Notes: generated by a model not told the origin, from the sequence alone. A stretch of 64,000 nt of DNA from Basidiobolus meristosporus CBS 931.73 (GCA_002104905.1 MCFE01000327.1:30341-94340), one strand, 5' to 3'; positions 39,301 through 50,846 are shown, counted from the first letter of the stretch. Translations and numbers: made by a program.

Positions 39301-40361
39301 TTGGCTATTTCTGGTACATAGAGTACTTCATTAAAGATCAGTGTATTGCCTCCTTCACTGCTTCAAAGGTTTACTTGGATGGTTCCTTCTCCCACTGCAT
39401 CAAGTGTTCCATTGTCACCCATGAAAACCTTCTTTATTGGAATTTCTTGATAATGGGTAAGAAGTTCTTTTTGGTGTGTTAAGTGTTGAAATGCTCCAAA
39501 GTCTATATACCACATCTGAGAATCCATGTTTGTGATCATTTTTAGTGCAGATGCAAATAGTCTATCTTCTGTTGTTGCAGCATTTCCATATTCAGGCTTC
39601 TTTTGCTGATTATCTCTCTTTTTGAGACACCAGTCTGATGTGTGTCCTTTTCTTTAGCAGTAGTTGCAAAACAGGTTTCTGTTGCCTTTGTAGGGTCTTG
39701 GGTACCTCCTTTGTTGGTTATCATTGTATATTAAAGCATTTACTTCTTCTTTCTTATTGGTGCCTGATTTTCTTAATTCTTCATCCAGGAGCCTTCCATA
39801 TATATAGTTTAAGGTCATATCTTCAGTTCTGGACTCTAGGACTGATACAAGGCTCTGAAACTTGTGGTCAGGCTATTCAGGATGGTTACTATCACATCCT
39901 CATCAGTAGTTGGTATGTGCATAGATTCCATTTCATCCACCAGCAGGGTAATTCTGTTAATTAGATTTTTCATTTCTTCTCCTGGCAGCATCTTTGCAGT
40001 AAGGAGTTTTTGTCTCAGATACATTTCCTTAGTAGCTGAACATGACTGGCAGGTGGCTTCTAATACTTTCCAGGCATTCTTTGCCATTTTTGCTCTTGAG
40101 CATTGAATTAGCAATTTGTCCTTGGCATTAAAGCAAATGCAGTTAAAGGCACTTTGTACTTTCAACTGGTGCTTTATGGCTTCCTCTCCCACATTTTTAG
40201 GAGGGCATTCTTCTCCCATGACATTATCCCAAAGGCCTCTTTCTTGTAGCAGCATCTTCATCTTTGCCTTCCACACTTGGTAGTTAGATCCATCCAACTT
40301 TTCAGCAGAGGGAAAAATTCCAGTAATAGCAGTAGTAGACATTGCCGAGAGTGACAGCTTA

Positions 40362-40373
40362 GGGCTCATAACC
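40362..40373 (-). promoter_or_regulatory. Half-tRNA (iMet anticodon arm) primer-binding site
   Basis: GGTTATGAGCCC is the complement of GGGCTCATAACC, the iMet anticodon arm, as in Drosophila copia and yeast Ty5 priming. Confidence 0.8.
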
Positions 40374-40722
40374 TCTTGTAGGAGTCTTGGAGATATTGGA
40401 AGTGATTTGGAGAACAAGTAGATTATGTGGTTTTCACTTAATGATTTATTCAATGTAAAAGTAGTGTTTATACTTTTACATGGTCTTGGCATAACAAACA
40501 CATAGTATAGATTAAGAAAGGTCCCAAGAACATGTGTGCAAAGTTTGGGGCTGTTTGGACAACTTAGCTGATTTTCATGTTCTGGGTACCTGGTATTTTG
40601 GTGAAAATATTCCAAGTAAATTCCAACAAGGAATTTGGTCAGTATTCTCTAGGATATGAAGGTAATGATCTAAGTGACTAAGTTATGTGAATATCTAGGT
40701 GGAAATACAAATTTTTACAACA
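40374..40722 (-). repeat. Copia 5' LTR
   Basis: Aligns end to end with 36045-36392 with scattered substitutions. Confidence 0.9.
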
Positions 40723-40999
40723 TTTACAAGTGAATTAAGTGAAGGGTCATTTTGATAATGCTCACAGAATCGTTAATACAACAAAGAGGAGTCAAAATAG
40801 AGTTAATTGGCACTGGAGGCATAAAAAAAGAAAGTAGCAGCATAACAGCAAATATGGCCAATTTGAACACCTGTGAATTGCAGGAAAGCAGAGTATGCTG
40901 ATGCAAGTAGCCCTTCCTTAAAGTGGGGATGTGTATAGCATATACAAGTGCTGGGTCTTTAGTATGTTAAGTATGATGTGTAAACTGCTGTATCTGAGG

Positions 41000-41400
41000 G
41001 TCACCATCTGTATTCTCTAACAGGATTGTGTGTAGCATGATGATAGCAGTACCATTGTCTAATAAATGGGTTCTGACATGGCCAGAGTCTCAAACTGAGC
41101 CTGGCTCTGAAATAGTGCATTTTGATAGAGTAGGAAAGAGACATAAAGGCACTTGGTAGTGTATTTCTGCAAGAGGTTTGAGGGAGATATGGAGCTGTGT
41201 AGTATAGGCAGTGAGCCATGCACTTCTCAAGCACAGTGTTATCTCTTGCTGAAAAATTAAGTAGAGGGAAACCAAGATCCAGCACTGGTAACACAAACTG
41301 CTTCAGAAGAATCTGAGCCCTTGACAGCGGAGTTATAGGTGAAGTAACATCTATCGACTTGGGCAGTACCTGCTTAGCCAAGTGAATCCTGGTTTTCAGA
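41000..41400 (-). mobile_element. Possible LINE post-RT fragment
   Basis: AQILLKQFVLPVLDLG resembles the LINE 'LY..FI.P.LEYG' region; CpG-poor; abuts the truncated AA11 gene. Confidence 0.3.
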
Positions 41401-41449
41401 TGGGCTTTGCTGTCAATAGCTTCAGGTAGAAATAGGAACCTAAGACAAG

Positions 41450-41903
41450 TGACTGTGTTAATGCGGAAGGAAACAAAGAGTACTACATGAACTGTATTGA
41501 CATTGTTGTTGATGGCGGAACCCTAGGTGGAACGGTCACTAACCCCAAGCTGATAGTGGTTAACCTTCCTGGCTACCCTACCATCTCCGAATTTGCTTTT
41601 GGTCAGGGAGATGGCCATGAGCTGCTAGATAAACGGCCCATCATCTCGGCCGGGGCTACGGATGGCGGTTCGACTCCTGATCCTACCACCACTTCCACCA
41701 AACCAACTGCCAGCACTAACCCAGGCTCATGTGCCGGGGTAGTCACGTGGAAGGCAAGCTCCTTATACAATACTGATCAAAGAGTGGCCTATGGCGGCCA
41801 TCTTTGGCAAGCCAAATGGTGGATGCAGAATGAAATCCCAGGCCAGCAAGGAGTTTGGACTGATTTGGGGGGGCGTGCTAATTCCGAATTTTGTCTTCAT
41901 TGA
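41450..41903 (+). pseudogene. 5'-truncated AA11-type LPMO C-terminus, linker and CBM5/12
   Basis: VNAEGNKEYYMNCIDI...VVNLPGYP matches the AA11 C-terminal motif; T/P linker; WKASSLY...YGGHLWQAKWW CBM5/12. No N-terminal His-brace region. Two extra G at the end shift DLGAC*. Confidence 0.75.
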
Positions 41904-42309
41904 AACAATAAACAAACCGATTCCACCAAATCATCGTAGAAGTGCATGAAATTGGGATGAGATGAATCGCCATTGCTAATTGGGGTGCATTGTGGTGTAT
42001 TGCCATTGCTTATTCGGATGAGCTGTGGTGTATTGCCACCGGTGATTAGGACGAGCTATGGTGTGTTTTCACCGATAATTGGGAGCAGTAGACGAAGGTT
42101 CAAAGAGAGTCCCGAAAGGTCAGGTAGAGATATTTGGAATAGGAAGGATCGACAAATTCGTGACCATGTCAGCGGATTCCCATAATTGGACTAATTGACA
42201 GTTAGCATTCTTGACATTGATCAGTTCTTTCCTGAGTCCGCACCTCTACATTTGGTAGGTAGCAGCTATAAAAGCTTCCGGACCCTATGGTGTATGGCAA
42301 CAACGAAAT

Positions 42310-43157
42310 ATGCAGCTTACTGGATTTTTGCTCTCCGCCCTCTCCGTTTGCCATCATCCTTGCCCCCACAGTGCTAGCCGCCGATGATAAGGTGATCGTT
42401 GGGTACTACGTTCCATGGGGGAATGTGCAACCCAGCCAGCTTAGCTTCGACAAGGTCACCTATATCAATTACTGTAAGCTCCATTGGGTGGTGATGGCGG
42501 ATCCAGGTTACTAATCTCACATTTCTCCCGAAGGATTCGGGGTGCTAACCGAGAAAAACGATCCAACCAACATCTTCATCGACACTGACTACGATGGGCC
42601 AGCCATCCGTGAGCTAAAGCAACGGGCCGCCGCCAAAGGAGTCAAGGTTCAGATCTCCCTTGGGGATGGACAGGGAGCCAAACGCTCTCGCCGGTCTAAG
42701 TTTCGGCCTTCGTCCCCTACTTTGCCTTCATCAACATCATGGCCTACGATATGAACGGTGGCTGGTTAGCTACCATCGACCCGAACGCTCCATTCGACTA
42801 AGACACCAAGGGTGGAGATCCATTCTCATTCCGTCAAGCGTCCAAGGCCTAGAGCTTCCGAATGCCGTCCAGGTTGTCCGTCAGCCAGATACCACTTAAC
42901 CACCAACATCTAGTGTAACAATGACTTCCACCACTTGCTCAGCTACCAAGCCCACCACCACCTCAGCACCCACCGCGACCCCAGCACTAGGAACCGGTGT
43001 TTGCGATGGAGTTTCCGCCTGGAAATTAACAGTCGCTTACAACAGGACACGAAAGGTAACTTACAACGGTCATATCTGGCCAGTCAAATGGTGGACTCAG
43101 AATGATACTCCCGGAAACAACGGCCAAAATGTGCGGACCGATCTTGGCGCTTGCTAG
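42310..43157 (+). pseudogene. GH18 chitinase pseudogene with C-terminal CBM5/12
   Basis: TATAAAA at 42267; signal peptide with frameshift; KVIVGYYVPW, DKVTYINY; GT-AG intron from 42474; VKVQISLG; INIMAYD; stop codons; catalytic DxxDxDxE segment deleted; CBM5/12 ends DLGAC*. Confidence 0.85.
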
Positions 43158-44421
43158 ATAAGTCGAAGCGAAGGGGGAGCAAGTGCGAACCAATTTTTGC
43201 CTCCCCATCTCTGAAATCACCAACTTGATTCTTTCCTAACTTGGAGCTTAGATTCATTACTTTGTATACTTGTCTCATACATGTCAGCCTGATGGTTGGT
43301 AACATAGTCCTTGTGCTGTTACCAGGTAGTCAGGTCGGAACGCGAATGATTTTGTGAATTCGGCTCAGACAACTGTATAGACAGAATAGCCTATGCTATC
43401 TAAACCTAACTCCATGTCGCATTTATAACTAACCGGCCAAATCAACTAGCACCTCAAATAACTTGATTTTCAACCAACCGGGGATTCTTTCGGGCCACAA
43501 TGGAGTACATGTCGAATCATTCATCACTAGCTATACAATAAAATAAACGACTTTTTCCCGCTCAAATACAGTTGCTGGGATATCTTACAGGAGCAGACAT
43601 ATGGCGCAACAACCATCTTCGACTTGTGACTTTTGCTCAGTTGTACATCAATATCATTGGTCCAAGATTTGCCATTGTCATGACGACCATAGGTCATGCT
43701 GTTGATAGACACTCAAGTGGCGTTTGGCAAACCTTTGATAACTTTCAATCCATTTGTATTTATGAGTCTGAGAAGAGTGTCTCCGTCCGATATTTAGGCA
43801 ATTGGAGACAATGCCACAGTATTTCTGCCACCTTAGTAAATATCTCCCCCAATTAGCTGGACAGTTACGTGGAGACAGCATTCTCTCTCACTTGGCCTAT
43901 TTGATCAAACCCCACACAAAAGGCAACACAAATCTGCTCCATCCTGAGTTGTGTAAGGCTGATAGTCCATGTGCTAATCGTGATGAGTTGTGTAGGTATT
44001 GACCCGGTGGGATTCGAACCTTGAACGATAAGTATGCGACCAATCACTTGGTACTCAACCGAATGGAAATAGAAGATTGGAACCATACGCAAGTAGAAGA
44101 TCCCTACTATAAAAAGTATCCAGCTCATCCACGTTGAGCAAACAAACGAGTATTCCACATCGTCTCCTCCCAATCACCATCACGACTCTTGACGTAATTG
44201 AACGACACATGCTGTCCATTCGCTCTGGGAGCCGCCGTAGCAGTCAAGCTAATAAATACAAATGCTCGAGGTACAGCCGTTAGTATACTGAGAGTGAGAC
44301 AAGGCGCCTATCGTACCAGACTTGAGTTTCTCACACGTACACTAGTAATAGTGATATATACATGATTTCACCTTACCATGGCATGGGAAAAGAGTAGGGT
44401 GGTACAGTGGGCAGATTCGAC

Positions 44422-44427
44422 TATATA
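44422..44427 (+). promoter_or_regulatory. TATA box candidate for the small peptide gene
   Basis: TATATA ~35-40 bp upstream of the ATG at 44461. Confidence 0.4.
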
Positions 44428-44460
44428 GGAGGACTCTTCCGTGCTTGATGTTCAGCAATC

Positions 44461-44625
44461 ATGAAGTTCTCATTCATCGCAATACTCGCCGTCCTCGTTG
44501 CAGTCAACGCAACTCCAGTAGTGGATCCCTCTAGCAATGAAGGCACCCTCGAGGCCCGTGGATGCTGCCATAGATGGGGCTGTGGACCAAACGGTAGCAG
44601 ATGCTGCTACATGGGCCCTTGCTAA
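44461..44625 (+). CDS. 54-aa secreted Cys-rich prepropeptide MKFSFIAILAVLVAVNATPVVDPSSNEGTLEAR-GCCHRWGCGPNGSRCCYMGPC
   Basis: Hand translation (below the ORF-track cutoff): signal peptide, acidic pro-region ending LEAR, 21-aa mature part with 6 Cys; upstream TATA; AATAAA near 44724; CpG retained. Confidence 0.8.
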   Translation: MKFSFIAILAVLVAVNATPVVDPSSNEGTLEARGCCHRWGCGPNGSRCCYMGPC

Positions 44626-44899
44626 TCTGCAAGCCCTTCAACTTTGAATACCAGATGGAATCTAACGAATTTATTTGCATGGATTATGGACAGTGCATTG
44701 AACATGGCCATGAATAACCCTGAATAAACTGTTGTCATACGAGATCTCTTTATTCCCATAGAATTGGATTCCTGGGTCAGGTCATTCGCACATCTTGCCA
44801 CCTAATCGGGTTCTTCTCTTGATTCTAGTCAGGTTGGAAGTTGATCGTACCAAGAAATGCCCCATGAGGACCCTGTGCCATACACGAGGAGAAAGTAAT

Positions 44900-45430
44900 A
44901 TAGAATCACTGCAGCTTCGTAAGCGGCTTACGGTGGTTGCTGGTCTCCAGAAGGGAACCTCCATGTGTTAATTGTGGGATGGCACGACACTCTTGAGACA
45001 GCAGTTGACGGCACTGTGGATAAGTGACCATGCACAGTGCACAATAGACTTGTCCTGTTGGATAGTACCACATTGAGCCATGAGTGCCAAATAGTGCCAT
45101 AGTATACCGGAAAGGCAAAGCAGACCTGTACTTGGCCACATATAGAGAAGCACAGTTTTACATCCTCCTGCAAAGTAGCCCCTGCGCTTCACTTACTGTT
45201 CTGGAGAAAACTCATATCTTGACCTTTTTTTTGGAGTCAATGTTGTGCATGATGAGTAAGAGCTCAGAATGATTGAAGGCATGGACTCAGTACGCAAGAT
45301 CCATGGCACTCTAAATCTAGCTGCAGGGGTCTGTGGCATGTCAACAACATGCATGGCACTATCTTGTCCTACTGGTATCATCTGGCACTGCAAGTGCTTT
45401 ATATCAGTTTTACTCTAGGGTCAATATCTA
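44900..45430 (-). repeat. Unclassified interspersed repeat (same family as 20790-21160)
   Basis: Reverse complement aligns to 20790-21160. Confidence 0.55.
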
Positions 45431-45477
45431 AATATAGTGCCAGATAGCACCAGTAGGTAGTAGTAGTATTTTGCGTA

Positions 45478-45715
45478 GTCTTGGCAAGATAAACATGTAG
45501 AATATGCTTAGGAAAGTCCCAAGAGCATATGTGCAAAGTTTGGGGCTGTTTGGACAACTTTTAGATTATTCATGTCCTGGGTCCCTGATATTTTGGTGAT
45601 ATATTCTAACTAAATCCCAACAAGGAATTTGGCCAGAATTCTCTAAGATTTGTAGACTATGATCCAAGTGACTAGGTTAACTGAATATTTAGGTGTAATT
45701 ACGAGATTTACAACA
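45478..45715 (-). repeat. Partial, diverged copia-family LTR
   Basis: TGTGCAAAGTTTGGGGCTGTTTGGACAAC...TTTACAACA is shared with 36045-36392. Confidence 0.8.
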
Positions 45716-46366
45716 CTGATGCAAAGAAAATATCTCACAACAAAAGGATGTAAAACATAGAGTAATATGTTGCCGTAGATGGATATAAAGATTGAGGTTG
45801 TAATCCGTGTTGCCACAGATACTACAGAGGGACACGCATATGAAAGCAAGCTTCCATTTCAAGGAGTCAAGACATTGCGAATAGTTTATGACCTCTTGTG
45901 CTGCTGATTCCCACCGTTATAATGGTCTATTCCTGCCTAGAATCCTCCACCAAATGAGTAACTCCATAGAGTCGTTAAAGATCTGAATCAGTACGGAAAT
46001 TCTCCAACTTACAAACCTGTACAAGTTGAACTGAATCTATGTTGAGCATATAATCACTGCTCTGACATGTTTACTGAGTGGAGTGGCTGCATGCATATGA
46101 ATCTTGGAGACCATAAAAGGCTATTTTTCTTGAACACTTCAGACACATGGTCAATTTTACTACGGACAGTCCACTAGGTGATCGTTTCGATTTATGCATG
46201 ATTCACGGAATATTGGATAATAGCGCGAATATCTTGTGCGGGATTTACGAAATGTTGGATACCAACTAGAGCAGCCGAAGTCATCCAAAATTTTAGCAGC
46301 CCATCCCATAATTACTTAAAAGAATCTACGCCATATATAGTAGCATCAAGGAATTCGTTTCAACTC

Positions 46367-46528
46367 ATACTTACCTGGCAGGAGCAGTCTGTGATCAAGA
46401 AGGCAGGCTGTTCGTTTTAGAACTTGAGCATTGCACAGCGCCTCAGGGTCTTTAACGCGAACATCCTTCGGGGTGTCTCGGCTGTTAAATTTTTGTTTGT
46501 GGGAAGTGAGCGCTATGCGCCGCCTCCT
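46367..46528 (+). ncRNA. U1: U1 spliceosomal snRNA
   Basis: 5' ATACTTACCTGG; stem I (CAGTCTG/CAGGCTG) with GATCAAGAAG loop (70K site); CATTGCAC U1A loop; ACATCC-TTCG-GGGTGT stem III; Sm site AATTTTTG; terminal GC hairpin; TATA-like element ~30 bp upstream. 3' end approximate. Confidence 0.93.
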
Positions 46529-49500
46529 GCCTCTCCACTATAGCATCAAACTTATTGAATATGAACATTCTTCGGATACATGACTAAAGTTAACAACTCA
46601 GATCAAAGGAATATGCTGCCAATCGCTACTTAATATTAAATTATGCACACCTACTTGCATGCTGGTGTAGTGCAGAGTTAGTCATCTGGTATGGCCTTTA
46701 CAATGGAGCTTTCCACAGACTGCCAACATACAAATATAAATTGAGCTTTCTTGTAAGTAATACTAATGTGGTGAAAGACCCAACGCACTGCAAAGTACGA
46801 AACGCAAACATTAATTTACCCCTAGTTAAGAATGCCGATCAATTAATAACGTTATAAACTGATTTGCTGATTTAAGCGCAATAGTATAAAAAGCTTATTT
46901 TGAATCTAGCAAGTCATTGTCCCAAAATAATCTCTATAACACTTTATCACGTTCTTGTGATGTATATTCACAGTGCCAAAGATTCTTAACGTAGCTTCGC
47001 GAAAGTCCAAGCTTTGAATCGCCTAAATCATTGTTGCCGCAACTAGATTAGAGGTTATATATTTATTTACTGCTTTAGAAAGTTGGCTTGTCTACAACAA
47101 CGGAAAGACTCTGCATTTGAATGTCGGAATTCTAGCGGCATCACCGGCAACGAAGGGCTACTCGGTCTGATGAGTTGCGTACATCTCGGAAGTAGAACCA
47201 ACAGTCTTCTGCTGTATAGGAACTGGGCGTTAAGAATCTACGGCCTCTGATGTAGTGGTTTTATACCCTCACCTGATGACGTATCCCAGGTCAGTAGACC
47301 CATGTAAAGCGAAAGAAAAACATGAGTGAATGCTAACTTGAACAGCGAATGGATGGTTGGCTTTTCATATTCTGACCAAATCGAAATTCCGTGTTGTCGC
47401 AGAGTTCAGCGTGCCCGCAATATCCGTGATATCAACCAATCCTGCTTAGATACAATTCCGATCTGCACCATTGGGACGCTGCTCATATATGGTTAGTCGA
47501 TCCACACGCGTAAACTGGATGTATCTGATCGACGATCGGGTACTGCGCCAATTTGGATTATTGACTGGAAAGCGATTTCCACAGCCGCTGATGTGAATCA
47601 ATCCTGACTGTACTGTTCTAGAGTATTAGCTGCGATATTTAGTGATGTCGCGCTGAGCAGGTTATCCAATTCTTCGGTGTCATGTCAACATAGCTTCTAT
47701 CATCAATGAGTATTTGCAAATCATGGAAATGAAGCTTAGGATATGCACATAATTTAAGGGCAAGCTAAGTAATTATAACACTATCTACCCAAAAATCCTC
47801 AAAAGGTTGAAGGCAAGTGTATTGTAGCGTTTAAGCTTGGCAGCTTTTAAGTGTTGCTGATATAAGATGGAGAATTTGATAGCAAAAGGTAAAGTGGACT
47901 TTGGAAGATGAGGAGTTTTCTGCATTATGACCGGCTCCAATTCCAAGGGTGGTAAGCTAGGAAGCTATACTTTATACTATCAGCCAAGCTTTTGAATACA
48001 ACACTTTAGCCACTTTACCAGCTTGTTGGCTGAATCGTGACAGACCCTCAGAGCTAGGCGCCTTCCCGACTTCCAAAGAAATGGATTTTGGATGATCTGA
48101 ATGCACATACGCAAAGCCAATCGATAAAACACTTACCCTCGGAACGATATAACAATCTTCTTCTCGGCCCTGCTATATCCTAGATATCCAGCAATTCCAG
48201 TGCTTTTGTCCGAGAAGTAGGAAGTTATGTTCAGCCGACCCACGCAGTCTTTTCCTCACGACCATCTCTCCAGTTTGGCTTGCGGGCAGTAAGGAACCAA
48301 AAGTGTGCTATTGAAAACCTTACAGTACTTTTACTTTTATAACATAATACGCAAAGTATCATGCAACTTCCGTCCTCTCTCTTGGGCGTCGTGAATCAAG
48401 CGAGAGGCCGTAGATTTTCCTTTACTAACTTCTGTGCAACAAATATAGGGCCACGTGCCTTGTCTGGATTTGGATCAATGCTTGAGTAATCCAGGGCATA
48501 TATCCTCCTGCTGTTCATCAACAAACAAGCTTGCTGCAAAGCCCACTGTTGGATTCGTTTGTGCATTGAACACTCCAAAAGTGGCCCTGGGAAGTTGCGA
48601 AACCCAATTTGATTAACTACTAGTTATTCCATTGGAGAAACCATTTGCAGGATATTTTTGTATATATGTCCCCGTTTGAGATTCATATTTGTATAATTCG
48701 TGACGCTCTTTTCCAGTACAGCATATCGGTCTGACTGGTCTGTTGGTGTTCGATCTCCAACAGCCTCATCGTAAAACCCCACTGGTGCAGAACATCACCT
48801 GTGTCAGGCGTAACCCCAGATTGGATACTTCTCGCCAAAAACCTAGCCCAAGGAAAGATGGGGAAAAGATAAAAAGCGATGCATGCCATTACTTTGTGGT
48901 TTTCCAGCATGCACAATGAAATGAGTGGTGCCAAAGTACGCCCTATGGTAATCATACCGCTTGGAATGTTATACCTGCACATCACACCAAGAGTGAAAAG
49001 CCCCTTGTTTCCAAACGCAGTCGATAAAAGTGCCGTGGGGCTTTTGAGCTAAATGCCTGTGCTAGTGCCCATTTATGGTAAGAAGGAGAATCTATGCTGT
49101 ACAGATGAAGCCATTGTTTGTGGGAATAGCGCCAGGGCAATGAGCCTCAGAGCCAGCTTATAATGGATGCCACGAGTTCTCAGATATACTGCTATAGGTC
49201 GATATGACTTATGAAATTAGTTCTTTCGACGCAAGTTTCTGGTTTTTGAGTGAGCCGGTTGCTTCACATTTCAAATTCCAGCAGGAAATGGTTTGCCTAC
49301 TACTAGGCCTGAAGTGGACTATCTTACACCGGAGAAACAGCAAATGGATATGGTCCTGAGTTACGGTGCACTGTCTTCTCAAGCAGTAGCTTCAATGGAT
49401 GAGTAGGAGCAAAGCGATACGTCTACCCAACTGGAAAAATATCATAATACGCTACTTGAATGATATGCAGCCAAAATGTGGATGGGATTGGTTTTAATAC

Positions 49501-50297
49501 GTTGAACCATCGGATGAGGAAAATTCCATAACACTCTCCACCGTTATCGTAATCAAACCAGGAAATCATTTCGGTATCGATTTGGTGCTACTACTGAGTG
49601 GCTTTGACGGATGCAAAATCGATTGTATTGAAAAGAAACGCACGCACGCACAGGACAAGAGTATTTGTCGACATCTTGGTGAGCGATTCCTGTTTGTGTT
49701 ACAATCTTCCCATTCCAATCAAATCACATAGAAGGCCTCCACGCAGTTAGCCTGAAACATACGAGTTATGTTTATACAGCTATTCTGCGTGAAATGAAAT
49801 GAATAAGCAAGAAGCCATGTTTATTTGAATGCACACTTAATACACACATGCCATTGATTTGTTGCTACCTAACCACAATTACTGAATATCAACAGACAAC
49901 CAGAAATAGGCCGACTCTACCTAGCGTGTTTCAGTCTATTATTAGAACGTCAAGGGGTGGTAAATTGGGACTGGTGTTTACAAAATAGCGCCATCAGCGT
50001 TACGCAAAGCATACTTAGGATCGACAAATTATGCACATTATGACGTTTTCTTATACGAAATTCATAGCAACGCTTCTGTTGATAGTCTATGGGTCTTCCT
50101 GACCTAACTGGATTCAACGTCGTACGAAGTCATTCGGCGCTCTTCGATGTCACCTAAGATTCGCTTAATGAGAAGACACTAGGATTCAAACCTCTCAGCA
50201 AATGTGGAAGTTGAGCTACTTCTATAAATATAAGAAAGCAGTTGACTCCACTAATCACAAGGTACCATCACCACTTGAGCTTCTCGACAACATCCAA

Positions 50298-50846
50298 ATG
50301 CGCCTCTCCAACGCCATCGCTACTATTGTGCTTGCAACTTCGGTTGTTGTTTTCGCTGTGCCCTCGGTTCCATGCAATCAAAGCAGTGGTGTCTCTTACT
50401 TCTGCGAAGGTCAAAGCTTCTATCAATGCCAAACCTCAACCGGAACCTGGCTCCTACAGAATATCTGTGCTGGCGATTGTTGTGACCTCCCGGCGTATGC
50501 TGCATTTTGCCCTAACTGCAAGAATCAAACTACTACCAAGACTACCACGACAACATCAAACACTACCAAGCCTACCGTCAGTGAAACCATCTCAACCACT
50601 ACTACTAGTACTAAACCGACCACTACTAAGAGTACCACCTCCAAGACCAGTACTACAACTACCACCAAGACAAATCAACCTGACCCTACTGTCGCTCCTG
50701 GTGCCCCATGTTTAGTGAATGGCAGATACGGTTGCAAGGGCTCGTACTTTTTGGTTTGCCAAAATGGTCAATGGGCGGTACAAAATGACTGCGGAGGTAC
50801 CTGTTGCGATATGTTCCAGTATGCGCAATACTGCTACAACTGCTAG
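50298..50846 (+). CDS. Secreted protein with two Cys-rich (CBM19-like) domains and a Thr-rich linker, 182 aa
   Basis: Start MRLSNAIAT at 50298 with TATAAATA at 50223. Two homologous modules (C...CEGQSFYQC...W..QNICAGDCC and C...CKGSYFLVC...W..QNDCGGTCC). The CBM19 assignment is from pattern recall. Confidence 0.8.
   Translation: MRLSNAIATIVLATSVVVFAVPSVPCNQSSGVSYFCEGQSFYQCQTSTGTWLLQNICAGDCCDLPAYAAFCPNCKNQTTTKTTTTTSNTTKPTVSETISTTTTSTKPTTTKSTTSKTSTTTTTKTNQPDPTVAPGAPCLVNGRYGCKGSYFLVCQNGQWAVQNDCGGTCCDMFQYAQYCYNC

Larger units (their letters stand above)
36045..40722 (-). mobile_element. Ty1/copia LTR retrotransposon, near full length, decayed
   Basis: LTRs 36045-36392 and 40374-40722; PBS GGTTATGAGCCC; PPT GAGTGGGAG. 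Gag (KLDGSNYQVW...), protease WYIDFGA, integrase (DNGGEY, QNGVAE), RT (WVFKTK, HMDVKAAFLNG), RH (STTEAEYMA). Order IN-RT-RH. Confidence 0.95.

Noticed and set aside
43999-44060. tRNA-like GGTTCGAATCCCACCGGGTC on the minus strand
   Set aside because: Only a T-arm and acceptor 3' half; I could not fold a matching 5' acceptor, D-arm or anticodon arm. At most a tRNA fragment.
47165-47320. Two CTGATGA motifs suggesting hammerhead ribozymes
   Set aside because: No convincing stem II closed before GAAA and no stems I/III; an Infernal search would settle it.
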